64,000 nt of DNA, from positions 161,386,001 to 161,450,000 of the forward strand of contig NC_042997.1 in NCBI RefSeq assembly GCF_006345805.1. Reading direction: 5' to 3'. The DNA comes from Octopus sinensis (taxonomy: Eukaryota). Position 1 is the first letter of the stretch. The number at the start of each line of letters is the position of its first letter. Of this stretch, positions 1 to 12,823 are shown in pieces. The notes under the pieces are model-generated. The model was not told where the DNA came from. It made no database searches and saw only the letters and a program-made list of their open reading frames with translations. The translations under genes and the position numbers were made by a program.

Positions 1-489
1 AGAACAGGTAAAAGGTACTATTTTATATATGAGGGATTAAAGATGTTTTCTTTTTTTATGTTAGCACTTCTGAAAATATTTTTTATTTGATGATATTACA
101 ATATCCTGAATATAGGTTTTCTTAAGGTTTTACAGAGGTCACTACCAGTTTACTTTTGTTGGGGAAGACCACCAAATAGTGAAAATATTTTTGAAAATTA
201 TTACATTCTTGTTGTTTAAGCCCCCACCAAATCAGCACCACACTTACAACAGATATTAAGGCATATCAGCTTTGATAATCATGTCTTTTCTTTCTTTCAT
301 TCTTTTCCCTAGGAATAGTAAACCCAGCACTTAGTTGTCCAACGTTTTTTCAAAATGTATTATGTGATTTGAGGGGGGGGGGGATATTTGGCTGCTATTT
401 CTGGTACACCAAGTGACTTTTTAAGGCTCCTTCACTATCTCACACCAATGTATATAGTAAATACTGATACATGATAATACTGACAAACC

Positions 490-739
490 TTGCCAGTGAT
501 ACAGAGAAGGCACTTGTGCCAGTGACACATAAAAGGCACTTGTGCCAGTGACACAAAAAAGGCACTTGTACCAGCGACACATAAAAGGCACCCACTACAC
601 TCTTGGAGTGGTTGGTGTTAGGAAGGGCATCCAACCATAGAAACCAAGCCAAACGAGACTGTCAAACCCATGCTAGCACAGAAAATAGATGCTAAGTGGT
701 GATGATGATGATAATGATGATGATGATGATGATGATGAT
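490..739 (+). mobile_element. Family B retroposon 3' end with an internal 26-bp tandem repeat (x3) and a (GAT)n tail
   Basis: Homologous to 42373..42663; AAGGCACTTGTGCCAGTGACACATAA repeats at about 507..590; the tail ends 11 bp from the exon donor at 750. Confidence 0.75.
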
Positions 740-750
740 AAAACTGTTAC

Positions 751-1249
751 CTTCTTTTGGCATGCCTACACTTGGTTTCCTTTCCATCACATAAACTTGG
801 CCTTCTTTTTCACGAGCAATTTGACGTTCATTTCGTATTTCTGAACTAGCAGATACCCATTCCACTTCTTTTTCCATTTGAACTATTTTGTCATGTTCAA
901 TATCGAGTTCAGAAAGACGCCTCTTAGTTCTTGCTTTTATTCTGATTTCTTCATCTTCCTCTGCTCCTATTTCATTTTCATTTTCTCCATTTTCACCTTG
1001 GGATTTTAGTTCAGTATACATCCTGGTACGCAAAGAATATTCAGATTCACTTCTTGGTTCAAATCGTTTATTCCAGTCAAAGCGTGTTTCTGAGTCTAAG
1101 AATTCACCATATTCTCTTGAATCAGGGTAAATTATTTTATTAGTTTCTGGATCAATTTCTGGTTTGAGAGAAGGAGCTGATGGTATAACAACTTCCATTT
1201 TTGTCAAACTTTCCAATCGAGCAGTTTTTACAGTGGCACTAGATTTTCT
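751..1249 (-). CDS. Post-kinase acidic/charged exon (RKSSATVKTARLESLTKMEVVIPSAPS...SVGMPKE)
   Basis: ctttcttcag/gtaaca, 499 nt, phase 0-1; matches ORF 692..1216; the gene continues beyond the window start. Confidence 0.88.
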
Positions 1250-2730
1250 CTGAAGAAAGCAAAAAATAAAAACATCAAGTATTTAAAGTTTTTCCATTTG
1301 AGAACTTATATTTTATAGATTACATATGTAAATATAAAAAAAATTGTTTGAAATAAATGCATGTTTTTCTGCTTTTAGAGGAATTGAAAGGAAATCTAGA
1401 TTGTAGGTTTTTTTGTTTTTTGTCTTTTTTAGATTTAAGACCTTATTTTTTTCACCAACACAAATACTTCAGTAAAGCAAACAATAAAAAAATTATTTTG
1501 TAATACATATAAATTGATTCTTTTTTTTTTTTATTAATTCAATAATAATAAGATTCCATCTTCAAATATCTATAAATATATGATATACTTATTTTCTAAG
1601 TATAAGAAAAATTGTTATGTGTTTTGTTTTTGAACCTCATAATCATTTCAGTAAGAAACAAAAGTGAATTTCTTAAGTGGTTTCTGTATTTCATTATTTC
1701 AGCATAATAATAGAACATTTTAAAAGCAATTCAAGAATAACAAGAATTCAATTACATTAAAAATAAAACCTCAGTCGGAAATAGTATATCTTGAAATAGC
1801 AAATGAAAACTAGAATCAGAAGAAATAAGTAGTGGCCTGTCAGCAAAAATCAGTTCCTAAATTTCACAAGTTTGAATAAGTTCATAAGCTGTGGAAAGAT
1901 ATTAATTCTATTGTATTTGCTCAAGACTTTTTTAGAGAAATTTTTTTTCTCTGTAGAACTTAGAATTCATGTCTCCTTTGCCATACAAACATATTTAAAT
2001 ATATAAAAATTTTTAACAATTACAAGAGAAAACTAACAAGAATAATATTATGTTCTTTGTATTATAAATCATTTGTTCAAAAATATCAGTAAAGATATGA
2101 TGTAATGTTAGGGCTCAACTTCTAAAGGATTCACAGGAGTGCCAGTGTAACATACAGCATATCTGGGTATTTTATAATTAATAGAACCCTCTCCTGATCT
2201 AACATAACTATTTTTGATTCGAGAAAAAGATAGAAAGTGAGAAAGAGAGAAATAAGAACATCCCTCCTTCCCCTGTACTGTATTGGTACTTTACTAACTG
2301 ACTGTAGAATAAGGATGAAAGGTAACATTGGTTTTTGCAGAATTTGAATCCAGAGTGCAGAGTGCTGAAACAAGTACCACAATGTAATTCATCTGACACA
2401 CTAATAATTCTGTTAACTCACTGCCAACACATCATTGCACAGGATTGTAATAATTACAAGCATAAAAACCTAAAACCAAGTGGTTAGTTGTGTACTGAAA
2501 GAGGAATGACATCATATGATATAGCAGGAATTCCAAAACTTTCAGTCATCTGCACAGTTGATGGTTGAAATCTTTGGAATTCAAGCAATATCATGTCATT
2601 ATACAATGCATGGTTGAAAAACAAAATACAGGCAATTCTAAGGGATATATCCAAGTTATGAAAGGATAATGCTTTTTTATCATAGCTCTTGATTAATGCT
2701 AATAATTGATATTTTGGGGGATTAAATGCT

Positions 2731-3136
2731 TACTCTCTCTTTTACTCTTTTACTTGCTTCAATCATTTGACTGTGGCCATGCTGAAGCACTGCCTTTAGT
2801 CAAGCAAATCGACCCCAGGATTTATTCTTTGTAAGCCTAGTACTTATTCTATTGGTCACTTTTGCTGAACCGCTAAGTTACAGGGACGTAAACACACCAA
2901 GTCATCAAGCGATGTTGTGGGGACAAACACAGAAACACAAACGCACATATATATATATATACATATACATATATCGATGGGCTTCTTTTAGTTTCCATCT
3001 ACCAAATCCACTCACAAGGCTTTGGTCAGCCTGAGGCTATAGTAGAAGACATTTGCCCAAGGTGCTATGCAGTGGACTGAACCTGGAGCCATGTGGTTGG
3101 TAAGCAAGCTACTTACCACACAGCCACTCCTGCGCC
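2731..3136 (-). mobile_element. tRNA-derived SINE, family A
   Basis: Homologous to 40225..40594 and 55270..55656; box A/B-like head, internal (TA)n, AAAAGAGT tail. Confidence 0.85.
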
Positions 3137-3181
3137 TATAGTGAATTTTTTTTTTGTTTTTGAATAGCAAAAGTAACTCAC

Positions 3182-3305
3182 CATAGCTAGATCTCTTTGA
3201 TGAAACATTTCCAGATTCTTTAATTCCAATTTATTACCTTCACCCTTTCTTTGAGCTAATTCAATCCAGGGATGACTCAGACATTCATCTATTTCTAAAC
3301 GAAAT
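3182..3305 (-). CDS. Kinase exon 6 and regulatory tail (FRLEIDECLSHPWIELAQEKGEGNKLELKNLEMFHQRDLAM)
   Basis: atttcag/gtgagt, 124 nt, phase 2-0; R...CLxHPWI subdomain XI. Confidence 0.92.
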
Positions 3306-3945
3306 CTGAAATTGAAAGAAGGAATATATTTTAGTTAAGAGGTCATAGAAAAATGTGTAGTGAGTAATAAATGTTGGGTTTATCAAGCTTATTGAAAAAC
3401 AGTATGAAAGATTCAGCAGGCTTTGTCACTCGAATCAACATAATATCAATCTCACTGAGAAATGATTAGAAAACTGTCAAATTCAGTCAAAGAAATGTCT
3501 GTATGGCATAAAGATGACTGCATTTTAGATATAAATACAAATGTTAATTCTGTTTATAGATGTGTGAGAGAAAACTATATATTTGTTAAATATATATTTG
3601 TTGCTGTCTCCAAATAACATGTATGAGAGAATTGTCTTTTAATGACCCTGATGCCAGGCGGAGCCTCAGGTTAGATTAAAGCAATCTCTGGAAAGAGTTA
3701 AGAATCAAAACCATTTGTAATGCAACAACAAGAAATTTTTTTTTAAATTCTATTGGCATAGTGGCATATAAAAATACAATAGACAGCTTGCATGGGTTGG
3801 ACAGGTCATTACATTCTGATTCAGTTCTTATTCTGAGTTACTGTCCTCTGAAGCAATTCAAAGGAGTACACCTTTCTTGTGTCTTCCATAAAACACAGCT
3901 TACTTCAAACAAAAGTAGTCACCAAATCATCACCAACTTGTTTTA

Positions 3946-4017
3946 TATTGTGTTTTATACTGAATATAGTAATTATTTTCTTATTGTGTTTTATATTGAA
4001 TATAGTAATTATTTTCT
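3946..4017. repeat. 36-bp tandem duplication (x2, one mismatch)
   Basis: TATTGTGTTTTATA(C/T)TGAATATAGTAATTATTTTCT occurs twice. Confidence 0.85.
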
Positions 4018-4317
4018 TTAATATCTAACTGTAATTCATTTTATGAATAAAAAATCTATTCATTCCAATCAGGGTTTAATATAAATATATATACATTACA
4101 GACATGTAGTAAGCAGTGTAGTATGTCAGTTAAATTTATTTATGTTGATATTGATGCAATATTTCATGATTAGAGTTAAGATGAGTCACATAATTGTATT
4201 ATTATACTAAAGTATTTCCAGCTAGGAAATACTTATGACATTATATAAATAAATTCAATATAAATTTTATATTTTCCTTTGTTCACATAAAATACATTCA
4301 ACATAGAAAATACTTAC

Positions 4318-4470
4318 AGTGGTTCCTTCTTGAGAAGACTGGTAATAAAATCTTTAGCTTCATCTGAAATATGTTTGAAAGCTTCCTCATCAAAATGCCA
4401 CTCACCATTCTCAATTTTATTGAGAGTCTCAGAGACAGATTCACAATGGAATGGTGAAATACCACTCAAT
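4318..4470 (-). CDS. Kinase exon 5 (LSGISPFHCESVSETLNKIENGEWHFDEEAFKHISDEAKDFITSLLKKEP)
   Basis: ttttccag/gtaagt, 153 nt, phase 2-2; LSGxSPF and ISxEAKDFI are typical of MLCK/twitchin/DAPK-type kinases. Confidence 0.95.
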
Positions 4471-4742
4471 CTGGAAAATATTGAGTATAATCGAATATAT
4501 AAATTATAAGTATAAGTACACAGTAACAGTTAAGATAATATACAAGGAATTATTTAGATTTTTAAGAAGCTTTTCTGTGTTTCTTTCTATCTACAATATC
4601 AATGACCATTCTCCTGTAGATTCATCCATATATATCTTTCACTATCCAACACACTTAACTTTATGATTAACTTTATTTTCCTTTTTTAGTAGAAGCTGTA
4701 GACAGAGTATATATGCATTCAAAATTCTATGTAAGAATACAC

Positions 4743-4814
<72 letters not shown>

Positions 4815-6037
4815 ATTTAGTCGCCTGATGATCAAAATTCTTAGGAAATTATTTGAATCTAACTGGAGCTCTCATTCACAACTCATGTGCATATTCATAA
4901 TCAATCACTAAAGAGTATATCCAAATTAGAATATTTTCAAATATACTGTAACGTGTAATTTTTAACTTAATATTATCTAGAGCCCCTACATATGCCTTTA
5001 AGGTTTACAGAGATATTTCAATTAAATTTGTTCATACATGTCTATATAAAACCATTAAAATTTCTCTGTTGTTGATGCTAACACTCCCAATTGTGAGAAA
5101 AGATATTGTACAACAAAACTTTACTTGCTATTTCTCATTGAGAAAAATTCAATAGATGCTTTATTCTTATTGCCATGCAATTTTACTATGATGATATGAA
5201 TATGAATTTATAATATAGTTTCATAAACTAAATATCATAACTACAAGTATTTGTTCCTTATTAAATATTTGTATTATAAATTGGTTTGTATTTTAATGCA
5301 ATAGGTTTCTAATTTACTGCTTTATCTAAAATTACCACTGAGATAAATTTATTAAGAAACCACTGGTATAAACAATCACAGGGATTTTGACAGAGTTCCA
5401 AAAATTCAGTTGCCATGAGTTGTGACGTATGTAATTTTTTACACTCTAACCCACCCATCACTGCCCCTGCCCTTAATTCGTATGGTAGAGAAAATATCGC
5501 TTTTACTTACAGCTAAATTGATGTGTTCACTTATTAGATGAAAAGAGAGTGTCAGCAGTGTTAGCCTTCATTCTCCATAGTAACTAAATACATTAAACTC
5601 TTCTATGAACTTTTACCAATTTCTTCAGGTTATCAATTTTACTCTGTATCTCAGTTTTTTCTTTTTCCATTATCATTTAGTGACTCAAAAAAAGAGCAAT
5701 GCTTGTGGTCCTTTATTTTTCCAAGGTTTTCAAACTAATAGGAGGAAGAGAAGAAATTTTCCTCAAACTGGAGTAGATCCCAAATAATAGCAACAAGTCA
5801 CCATAATCTGGTGGTGGTGTTAAACACGATAAAAATTATAACTGTCACCCAAGAACTCAGACTGCAAAGAGATAGAACAAATTTTGCAAAGCATTTCATC
5901 AAATGCTCTATGAATTCTGTAAAACCTTCACTCTGGGCTGGGACTTTATCTTAACGATGGAAAGAAATGTTGCAATTTTTTATTATGTAATATATGACAT
6001 GTAGAAAAAACAATCCTAATAATTATAAAATACTTAC

Positions 6038-6231
6038 AAAATGTAAGTCAGTACTCCTACACTCCATAAATCAGTTGATTCTGATATTACTTCACTGCAC
6101 ACAACTTCAGGAGATGCAAACTCAGGTGTTCCATAATTTAACTTTAGTGGTGCATTATGAATCTTTTTGGCAAATCCAAAATCGATAAGTTTGATTTTGT
6201 CTGTTTTTTCTTCGTAAATTATATTTCCTGG
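6038..6231 (-). CDS. Kinase exon 4 (PGNIIYEEKTDKIKLIDFGFAKK...YGTPEFASPEVV...TDLWSVGVLTYI)
   Basis: ttattatag/gtaagt, 194 nt, phase 0-2; DFG, GTPEF-SPE and DLWSVG motifs. Confidence 0.95.
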
Positions 6232-6995
6232 CTATAATAAAAGATTTGTACAATTAATTGCAATTAATTCGTGAATAAAAATTTTTAAGCTAACAGAATG
6301 GATGAAAACAGACCAACAAAGGATGCTACTAAAATAGTTGGAGATTTAAAAGTGTTGACATTTTGAATGATGGAACATTCTAGTTATAGAAGGCCCTGTA
6401 GGATCATTCACCTGATATTCAGGAAAATAATCTTTTGTTGTCATCGTTATTGCTGTTAATGATGATAATATCAATAATTATGACAATGACAGCTAAAATT
6501 ATTGCAATTATAACAACTTCACTGTGAGCAGTGACACTGGAGAGGGTGGCAATAATAATAACAATAGTGACAATAACAATTAAAATAATGATTATAATTA
6601 TATTTTTGAAAACAATAAAATAAAGTAAACACAACAATGTTTCTTTGTGTGGCAACAAGCAAATGAAGGGGCTCCAAGCAGATATTTAATCTGCTAGAAA
6701 AAGCAACCTAAACTCGCTTTGCATATATCCCAGCATGTTATAAAAAGGGAGAATGCATTAGATAACATGGTCTAAGATAACCTATGATTGAATATCATAT
6801 TGGATGGTCATGGCTGAATGTCATGAGAATAGATCTGTTCAATCTAATACATGGCCTGGGGTTACATCACATCAACAACAACAATGTCACCATATAAATT
6901 TAAGTTTGAAATGAAAAATATTTCAAAAACAATTTTTTTTTTATTTTGTAGAATTAACAGAAATATAATATTCTGACTAAATAACGACAAAATAC

Positions 6996-7134
6996 CTTAA
7001 TATCTAAATGAGCCACACCACGGATTCTTAATTCTTCAAGTGCTAACAATAGTTGTTGAATGTAGAATGCAGCATCAGTTTCAGTCCAATTGTATGTTGT
7101 AAGAATATGTTCAATCAGTTCTGTTCCATGAATT
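6996..7134 (-). CDS. Kinase exon 3 (IHGTELIEHILTTYNWTETDAAFYIQQLLLALEELRIRGVAHLDIK)
   Basis: aactag/gtattt, 139 nt, phase 2-0; HLDIK catalytic loop. Confidence 0.92.
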
Positions 7135-9837
7135 CTAGTTAAATGTTAAGGCAAATAAATCACTGATTCACCGATTATCTTCTATTTTGCAATTGAAGAA
7201 AACGGCTTTAAAATACAAGTATTTATTACTTTCTTATCAAGCCAGAGAGAGTTGCAATGGTTTAACTCAACTTGCTCGAAATACAAACCAAATCTCCCTC
7301 AAATTTGTACTAATGTTTCAAAAACAGTGAACATTGGATGATATCATCTTTGATATACAAGAAATCAGATTGGGCATGGCTAGAATGCTTTTTGATCACA
7401 GGTCTTCTCAATCAGAGCTAATTTATGATTAAAATAGCAGCTTTCATCATCATGAGGAGTTAGAATATAATATTGTATCCAGTTTTATTCATGTGCCCAG
7501 GAACAAGGAGTGCAAAAGGTGCAAGTGCACCCACTAAAATTTTTGTGGAGTGCAAAATCAAAATTTGTATCTCTACTTCCTTTTCACAGGTTTAGAAAAC
7601 AGTGAGTAATGTATGATCTGTAAAAATTATCTTGAATTAGGTTTCTTCTCAAAGAACAAAGAACATAAATCAATAAAAAAAACATTACCTTATTTGTAAA
7701 AGTTTTGGGGCCTGGGTTTGCACCCCCTAAGGAAATTTCATTCCTGAGCTAGTTGTTATGCTACAACTTAAGTACATTTCTCCATTTATTTAACCATGTT
7801 GACATGAAACTATAGTTTCACTCCTACTTAAGCAACGAAAGGTAATAAAATGTAGTTACTTGTGAAGCATCTCAATGGTTGTTTAGATAAGGACTTAGCC
7901 TCCTTTAAATAGTCCTAAATTTCTGTCCTAATACTAACGCTAAATATTGTATCATTCTGGCCCACTTACTATAAGCCAATGAAGGATCTTCCGTATACCT
8001 ACTTGAAATACATTTCAGTCATTTTAATAATGAAAGAACACATTAGGAGATACACTATGCTTGCAGGAAAAATGTGGTCACTATCTTGGCTAGAATGCTC
8101 TTTTGCTCAATCTGGGCTTCATCATCATCATTATGTATTGTATGTCTTCAGCACATTGATGATACTAAAATAAAAGTCTTCCTGATTATAATAATAATAA
8201 TCCTCTCTACTATAGATGTAAGGCTTGAAATTTTGAGGGAAGAGCAAGTCAATTGCATGAACCTCAGTCTTTCACTGGTACTTAATTTATCAACCTGAAA
8301 GGATGAAAGGCAAACCTCGGTGGAATTTGAACATAGAACATAGCGACAGACAAAATGCCACTAAGCGTGGATCTTCTAGCTACCTTGCTATTCTTGTCCA
8401 ACCAGCTCATGATATTGTCCATTCATTGCATTCTTTGCCTGATTCTTGATGAACAACCCTCAACTCTTCCTTCCATGAAGTTTTCCAGACCTCTGCTTCT
8501 TTGAATATGGTCATAATAGATGAAATTTTGTTTTATTACAATGTTCAGTTGTTGTTGTTCACATTTGTCTGATAGTCTTTATAAGAGACATGATATTCTC
8601 CTATATGCCCACATTTCAAATATTCTCTTCAAATTTGTTCAGAATCCATGTTTTCATAACCATAAATGCCTGCTGACCAAATGACATTTCACACTCCCCT
8701 TGTTTTTAACTTAGTTGGGAGACTTTGCCTGGTACAGATGTTATTAAGGATTTCCATGCATGTTCTTAGCATGGCTAGCTGTGTCCTAATTTCTTTCTCA
8801 CATGTGGCTTCATCAGATAGTTGAACTCCGAAATACTAGTACAAATCACCTGTCTGAATTCAACCTGTCACTGCTCTGTTTGATGATAACATTTACTTTG
8901 TCTTTTCCTACTACCATGATTTTTGCTTCCTTTTGGTTGAGATAAAGGCCATGTGTATTTGATGTCTTCTCAACTCTGTTTATTATTTCTTGTTGCCCAG
9001 CCTAACTCTTGGCAAGTATCATTTGCAAACTTTAGAAATATGTTAGGCCAGAGATGTCATCACAGGCTGTTGAGAGCTGCTACTGGTACCATGTAAACTA
9101 GTACTACTTGTTCATTATCAAGTGGTCAGAGACTAAACCAGCACCCCCACTTGAGTAGCTAGCTACTGTTGTGAGGAGGGTGTCAGGACAGCCAGCAGGA
9201 CTAAAAAATCTGGGCTTGCTTGCATCTAAGCAACAGCATCAAATGCAATTTCTCCATTTACCTAACAGAAATGCTAGTAGAAGTGGAACAGGGATGATTC
9301 AGTAGAAATGACAAATAGTGTAGTGTTCGAAAGGGAAAAATCATCTTCTTCCACATCAAGATTCTCTAAAACAATCTATAACTACTTTTTATGATGCGCT
9401 TTAAATAAATGAAATTTAAGAATAGCTCTACTAATAATACATAAAATTATTACTTTTAATTCTTTGTAACTCTCTGTGCATTTTTGTACAATGACTTTAA
9501 GTAGAACCATGTAAACTTATTTAAAAACACTGAATGACAAAGCAGTATTTTAGTTCATTCATTTAGGCTAAATTTCATTTATCTTTGATACTAGATAATA
9601 TTGAAAAAAGAATGAATATTTTTAAGAGCCTGTACATAAAATATAATTACCATTCCTTTTAGAAATACAAATAACAACAATTTGTAATAAGTCTCCATTC
9701 AGGAGTTCTGAATTAAGAAATACGAATTTAAAAGACGAAAAAGAGTTTTAAAGTGACAGAAAAACCAAATAAATAATGAAGAGCTATGAATCATTATCAA
9801 ATATTTTGTTTTGATGGAAACAAGATTTAAAGGATAC
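7135..9837 (-). other. U12-type (minor spliceosome) GT-AG intron
   Basis: 5' end GTATCCTTTAA; branch site TTTGCCTTAAC (reverse complement of 7145..7155) with the branch A about 12 nt from the TAG; no polypyrimidine tract. Confidence 0.85.
8367..9020 (-). mobile_element. RTE-clade LINE 3' remnant
   Basis: Reverse-strand decayed peptides including FEMWAYRRIS and LENFMEGRVEGCSSRIRQR...MDNIMSW, typical of the RTE C-terminus. Confidence 0.7.
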
Positions 9838-10041
9838 AATTCTGTAATCAATACATATGATTTCACTGTTTCATAGGCCTCATGGATTTTCATAATATGA
9901 GGATGATCTAGAACTCTAAGAGATTCAAGTTCTGTCTGGAAAAACTCCTTCTCTTTTGGGTCACTTAGCGTTAAGAATTTGCCAGCAAACTCCTTGCCAG
10001 TTGATTTCTCTATAACTCTTCGAATAATTCCATGCCGTCCT
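9838..10041 (-). CDS. Kinase exon 2 (GRHGIIRRVIEKSTGKEFAGKF...ELESLRVLDHPHIMKIHEAYE...LITEL)
   Basis: attttag acceptor, GTATCCTTT (U12-type) donor, 204 nt, phase 2-2; subdomains I-V. Confidence 0.92.
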
Positions 10042-12613
10042 CTAAAATAAATAGGAATAAAATTTAGTCATTTAAAATGGTGTAATAATAAATTTATATT
10101 TAGACAGACAGACAGATTGATATAAAGGTGCCACTTTCTATGAACGAAATAGAAGATCAAGTGCACAAAGAAAATGCAAATTGCACAAGCCCAGAGCCAA
10201 GTCCTTATCCTCAGTCCCAGCAGATTACCAGTGCCCAGCCTGCAACAGAGACTTTTGAGTATGCATTGGACTGATCAACCACAGTCAGACACACTATTCT
10301 CTGTCTCCCATTTAATGTCCTTGGTCATCTTCAACAATGACAGTTGAACTAATAATAATCTCTTTATATATAAATATATAAAGTTTTGTTTCAACATCAA
10401 AGAGTTTGAAAAGTCTTAAAATAAATGCAAAGCAATTATTGCTAAAAACACTTTGGAGTTTTGTAAACAGTTTTTCTACTGTTGTTCTTACATTTTGTCT
10501 TCTATGACAATATAAGCCAAACATTGACTATCTATGATTGTAAAGATTCATCATCAGAAATATCTAATATCCAGCTAGCTGCTGCAATTCTAATCTTCAC
10601 TGCAAGAAGTTTATATGACAAGATAACAATTTGATAATGCTTAACAAAACACAAAACTTCTCAATCAACATATGTGGCTTCCTACTTCAAGAAATTTATT
10701 TGCCACAGATGTTAGGATTAAACATCTCAAGTTGCTATTACTGGAAACCTAACATTATGGCCAAAATCTAAGATTATTTTACAAAGAGTAGGTTTTTTTT
10801 TCATGAGAAGCATAGAGTATTTCTATTCTAGACAATTTACCTTTAATTTGTCTTCTTTTATAAAGACAATATGGGAAACCTTTCATTTGGTACTATAGCT
10901 TGAGTTTATATATGTACACATATCCAGATTATGGTAACACAGATTTGCTCGATCAGGTCTGGTTTACAGTTTATTTATAACAAACAATAACAATTGTTTT
11001 TCTTTTTAAGTTGCTCAAAATGAATTTTTTAAAACCATCTTTTCTGTACTTTAACAAAATCTTTGAATGTCTGTCAAATTCTCTCAGATATATTTCAAAT
11101 ATTTGAACAATATTTTGAACAACATTGAACAATATTCGGCAACATTTGAATTCAGAATATAAAACTGGAAGAAATACCACTGAGCATTTTAGCAACCCTA
11201 ACAGAATGAAAGGCAAAGCTGAACTTAGCAGGATTCAAAATTAAAATAGACAGAGATATAACTAAAAACTGCATGATTTTTTAGTCAGTTACTCTACAGA
11301 CTCTGTTGAAATATCACCCTTGAATTTTTACCATACTATAAATAGTGTAAGTGATTACAGAGAAGGTTAATCTCTTCAATATCTCTCACTTAAATTCTTC
11401 TCATTCTGAAGTAAAATCTCAAGATCACATTACGAGTCAGCATATAATAAATAAGTTAAAATATGAGTTCCATTTGTCTTTCATTGCATATGATTTGTAA
11501 TATTATTATTATTATTGCAATAGATTAAATATTCAAATGTCTCAGATGATTTATTATTAATATAATTTTCCAGATTATTTAGACTTGATGCATTATAAAT
11601 AAAGAACTTTTGTTTAAGTCCAGACAAGGAATTGAGTACACAAGTTGAATTATCTATTAAATCTAGAAATAATGTTTAAATTGTAACTAAATATTATCAA
11701 AGTTGGTTTAAAATACTGGGTAACATAGTTATGAATTATAAATACCACTATTCAATATTTTACACTTCATTTTAAGAGAAATTATGTTCTCAAACAAAAA
11801 GAAAGCTCAGAGTTGTTTATTACAATGAAAATTCAGGTCTTGTCAAACAATATCATCTCCAATAACGTTTATTTCTCTACAAACAATAAATTACGCTATT
11901 TTCCAAAACTGCTTGTTATGCAAACTATCCTTCCAAGAAACCAAAGAATTCAACTTAAACCACTTCCATGGACAACAGATCAATGTTTGCTATTTTATCA
12001 GTTTAAAGCTTCCTCAGTCAAGAGGTAAAATCAAATAATATTGGTTCTCAGTTAAAATCATCAAAATCCTGATCTCATCATTGATAAAAAAAATTATGTA
12101 ATTTACCATAGGACAAAGAAGTAAATCAATTTAGCTAAAACAGTAATTTTGTCTTGTTTTAAAATAAATTTACAGGCTACCATTCCTTCAAAACACTTTA
12201 AACTCCACACAATCACCAATGTGAAGTATTTTTTAAAATAAACTAAATATGATCTTGCACTGAATTAATCTGATTATTGCTGCTGATTTGGCTAAGTGTT
12301 CGAAAGGTATTGTTGACTTAGTGAACCAAAGACAAATAAAAGTTTTGCCTTATTTATATAAGAGCAAAATAAGTATCAGTTTACTGTATAAAAAAATATT
12401 AGCAAAGAAGCTCAAAAGAGAACCTGTATGTAATTGTTTGACCATCTAGAAATAGCACCGAAATCTCTAAGATTGTCTTAAAAAAAGTAAAAGACATGTT
12501 GCATTGCATTGCATAAATTTAGGTACCTTAAAAAAGGGAGGTCGATCATAGCTGAAGCATCTTTGATCATATATCTGATAGTGTTTGAAATTGATGTTTT
12601 CTCTTGTAAATAC

Positions 12614-12646
<33 letters not shown>

Positions 12647-12823
12647 CCTTTCTACTATAGGCGTAAGGCTTGACATTTTTGGGGAAAGGCAAGTCAATTG
12701 CATCAACCTCAGTAAAAATGGATGCAATGCCACTAAAGCATTTTACCTGGTACAATATCAATTCTGCCAGCTTCTCATCTCAGTAATAATAATGATAACA
12801 ACAACAACAATAATAATAATAAT

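Noticed and set aside
507-590. 26-bp direct repeats resembling a CRISPR array
   Set aside because: Head-to-tail repeats without unique spacers, inside a retroposon 3' region in eukaryotic DNA.
888-1130. Plus-strand 80-aa ORF (also 59812..60012 and 33844..34182)
   Set aside because: Antisense shadows of better-supported coding frames.
7495-7750. Possible hAT-type MITE (GTGCAAGTGCACCC...TTTGCACCCCC)
   Set aside because: The TIRs and TSD are too degenerate to support a call.
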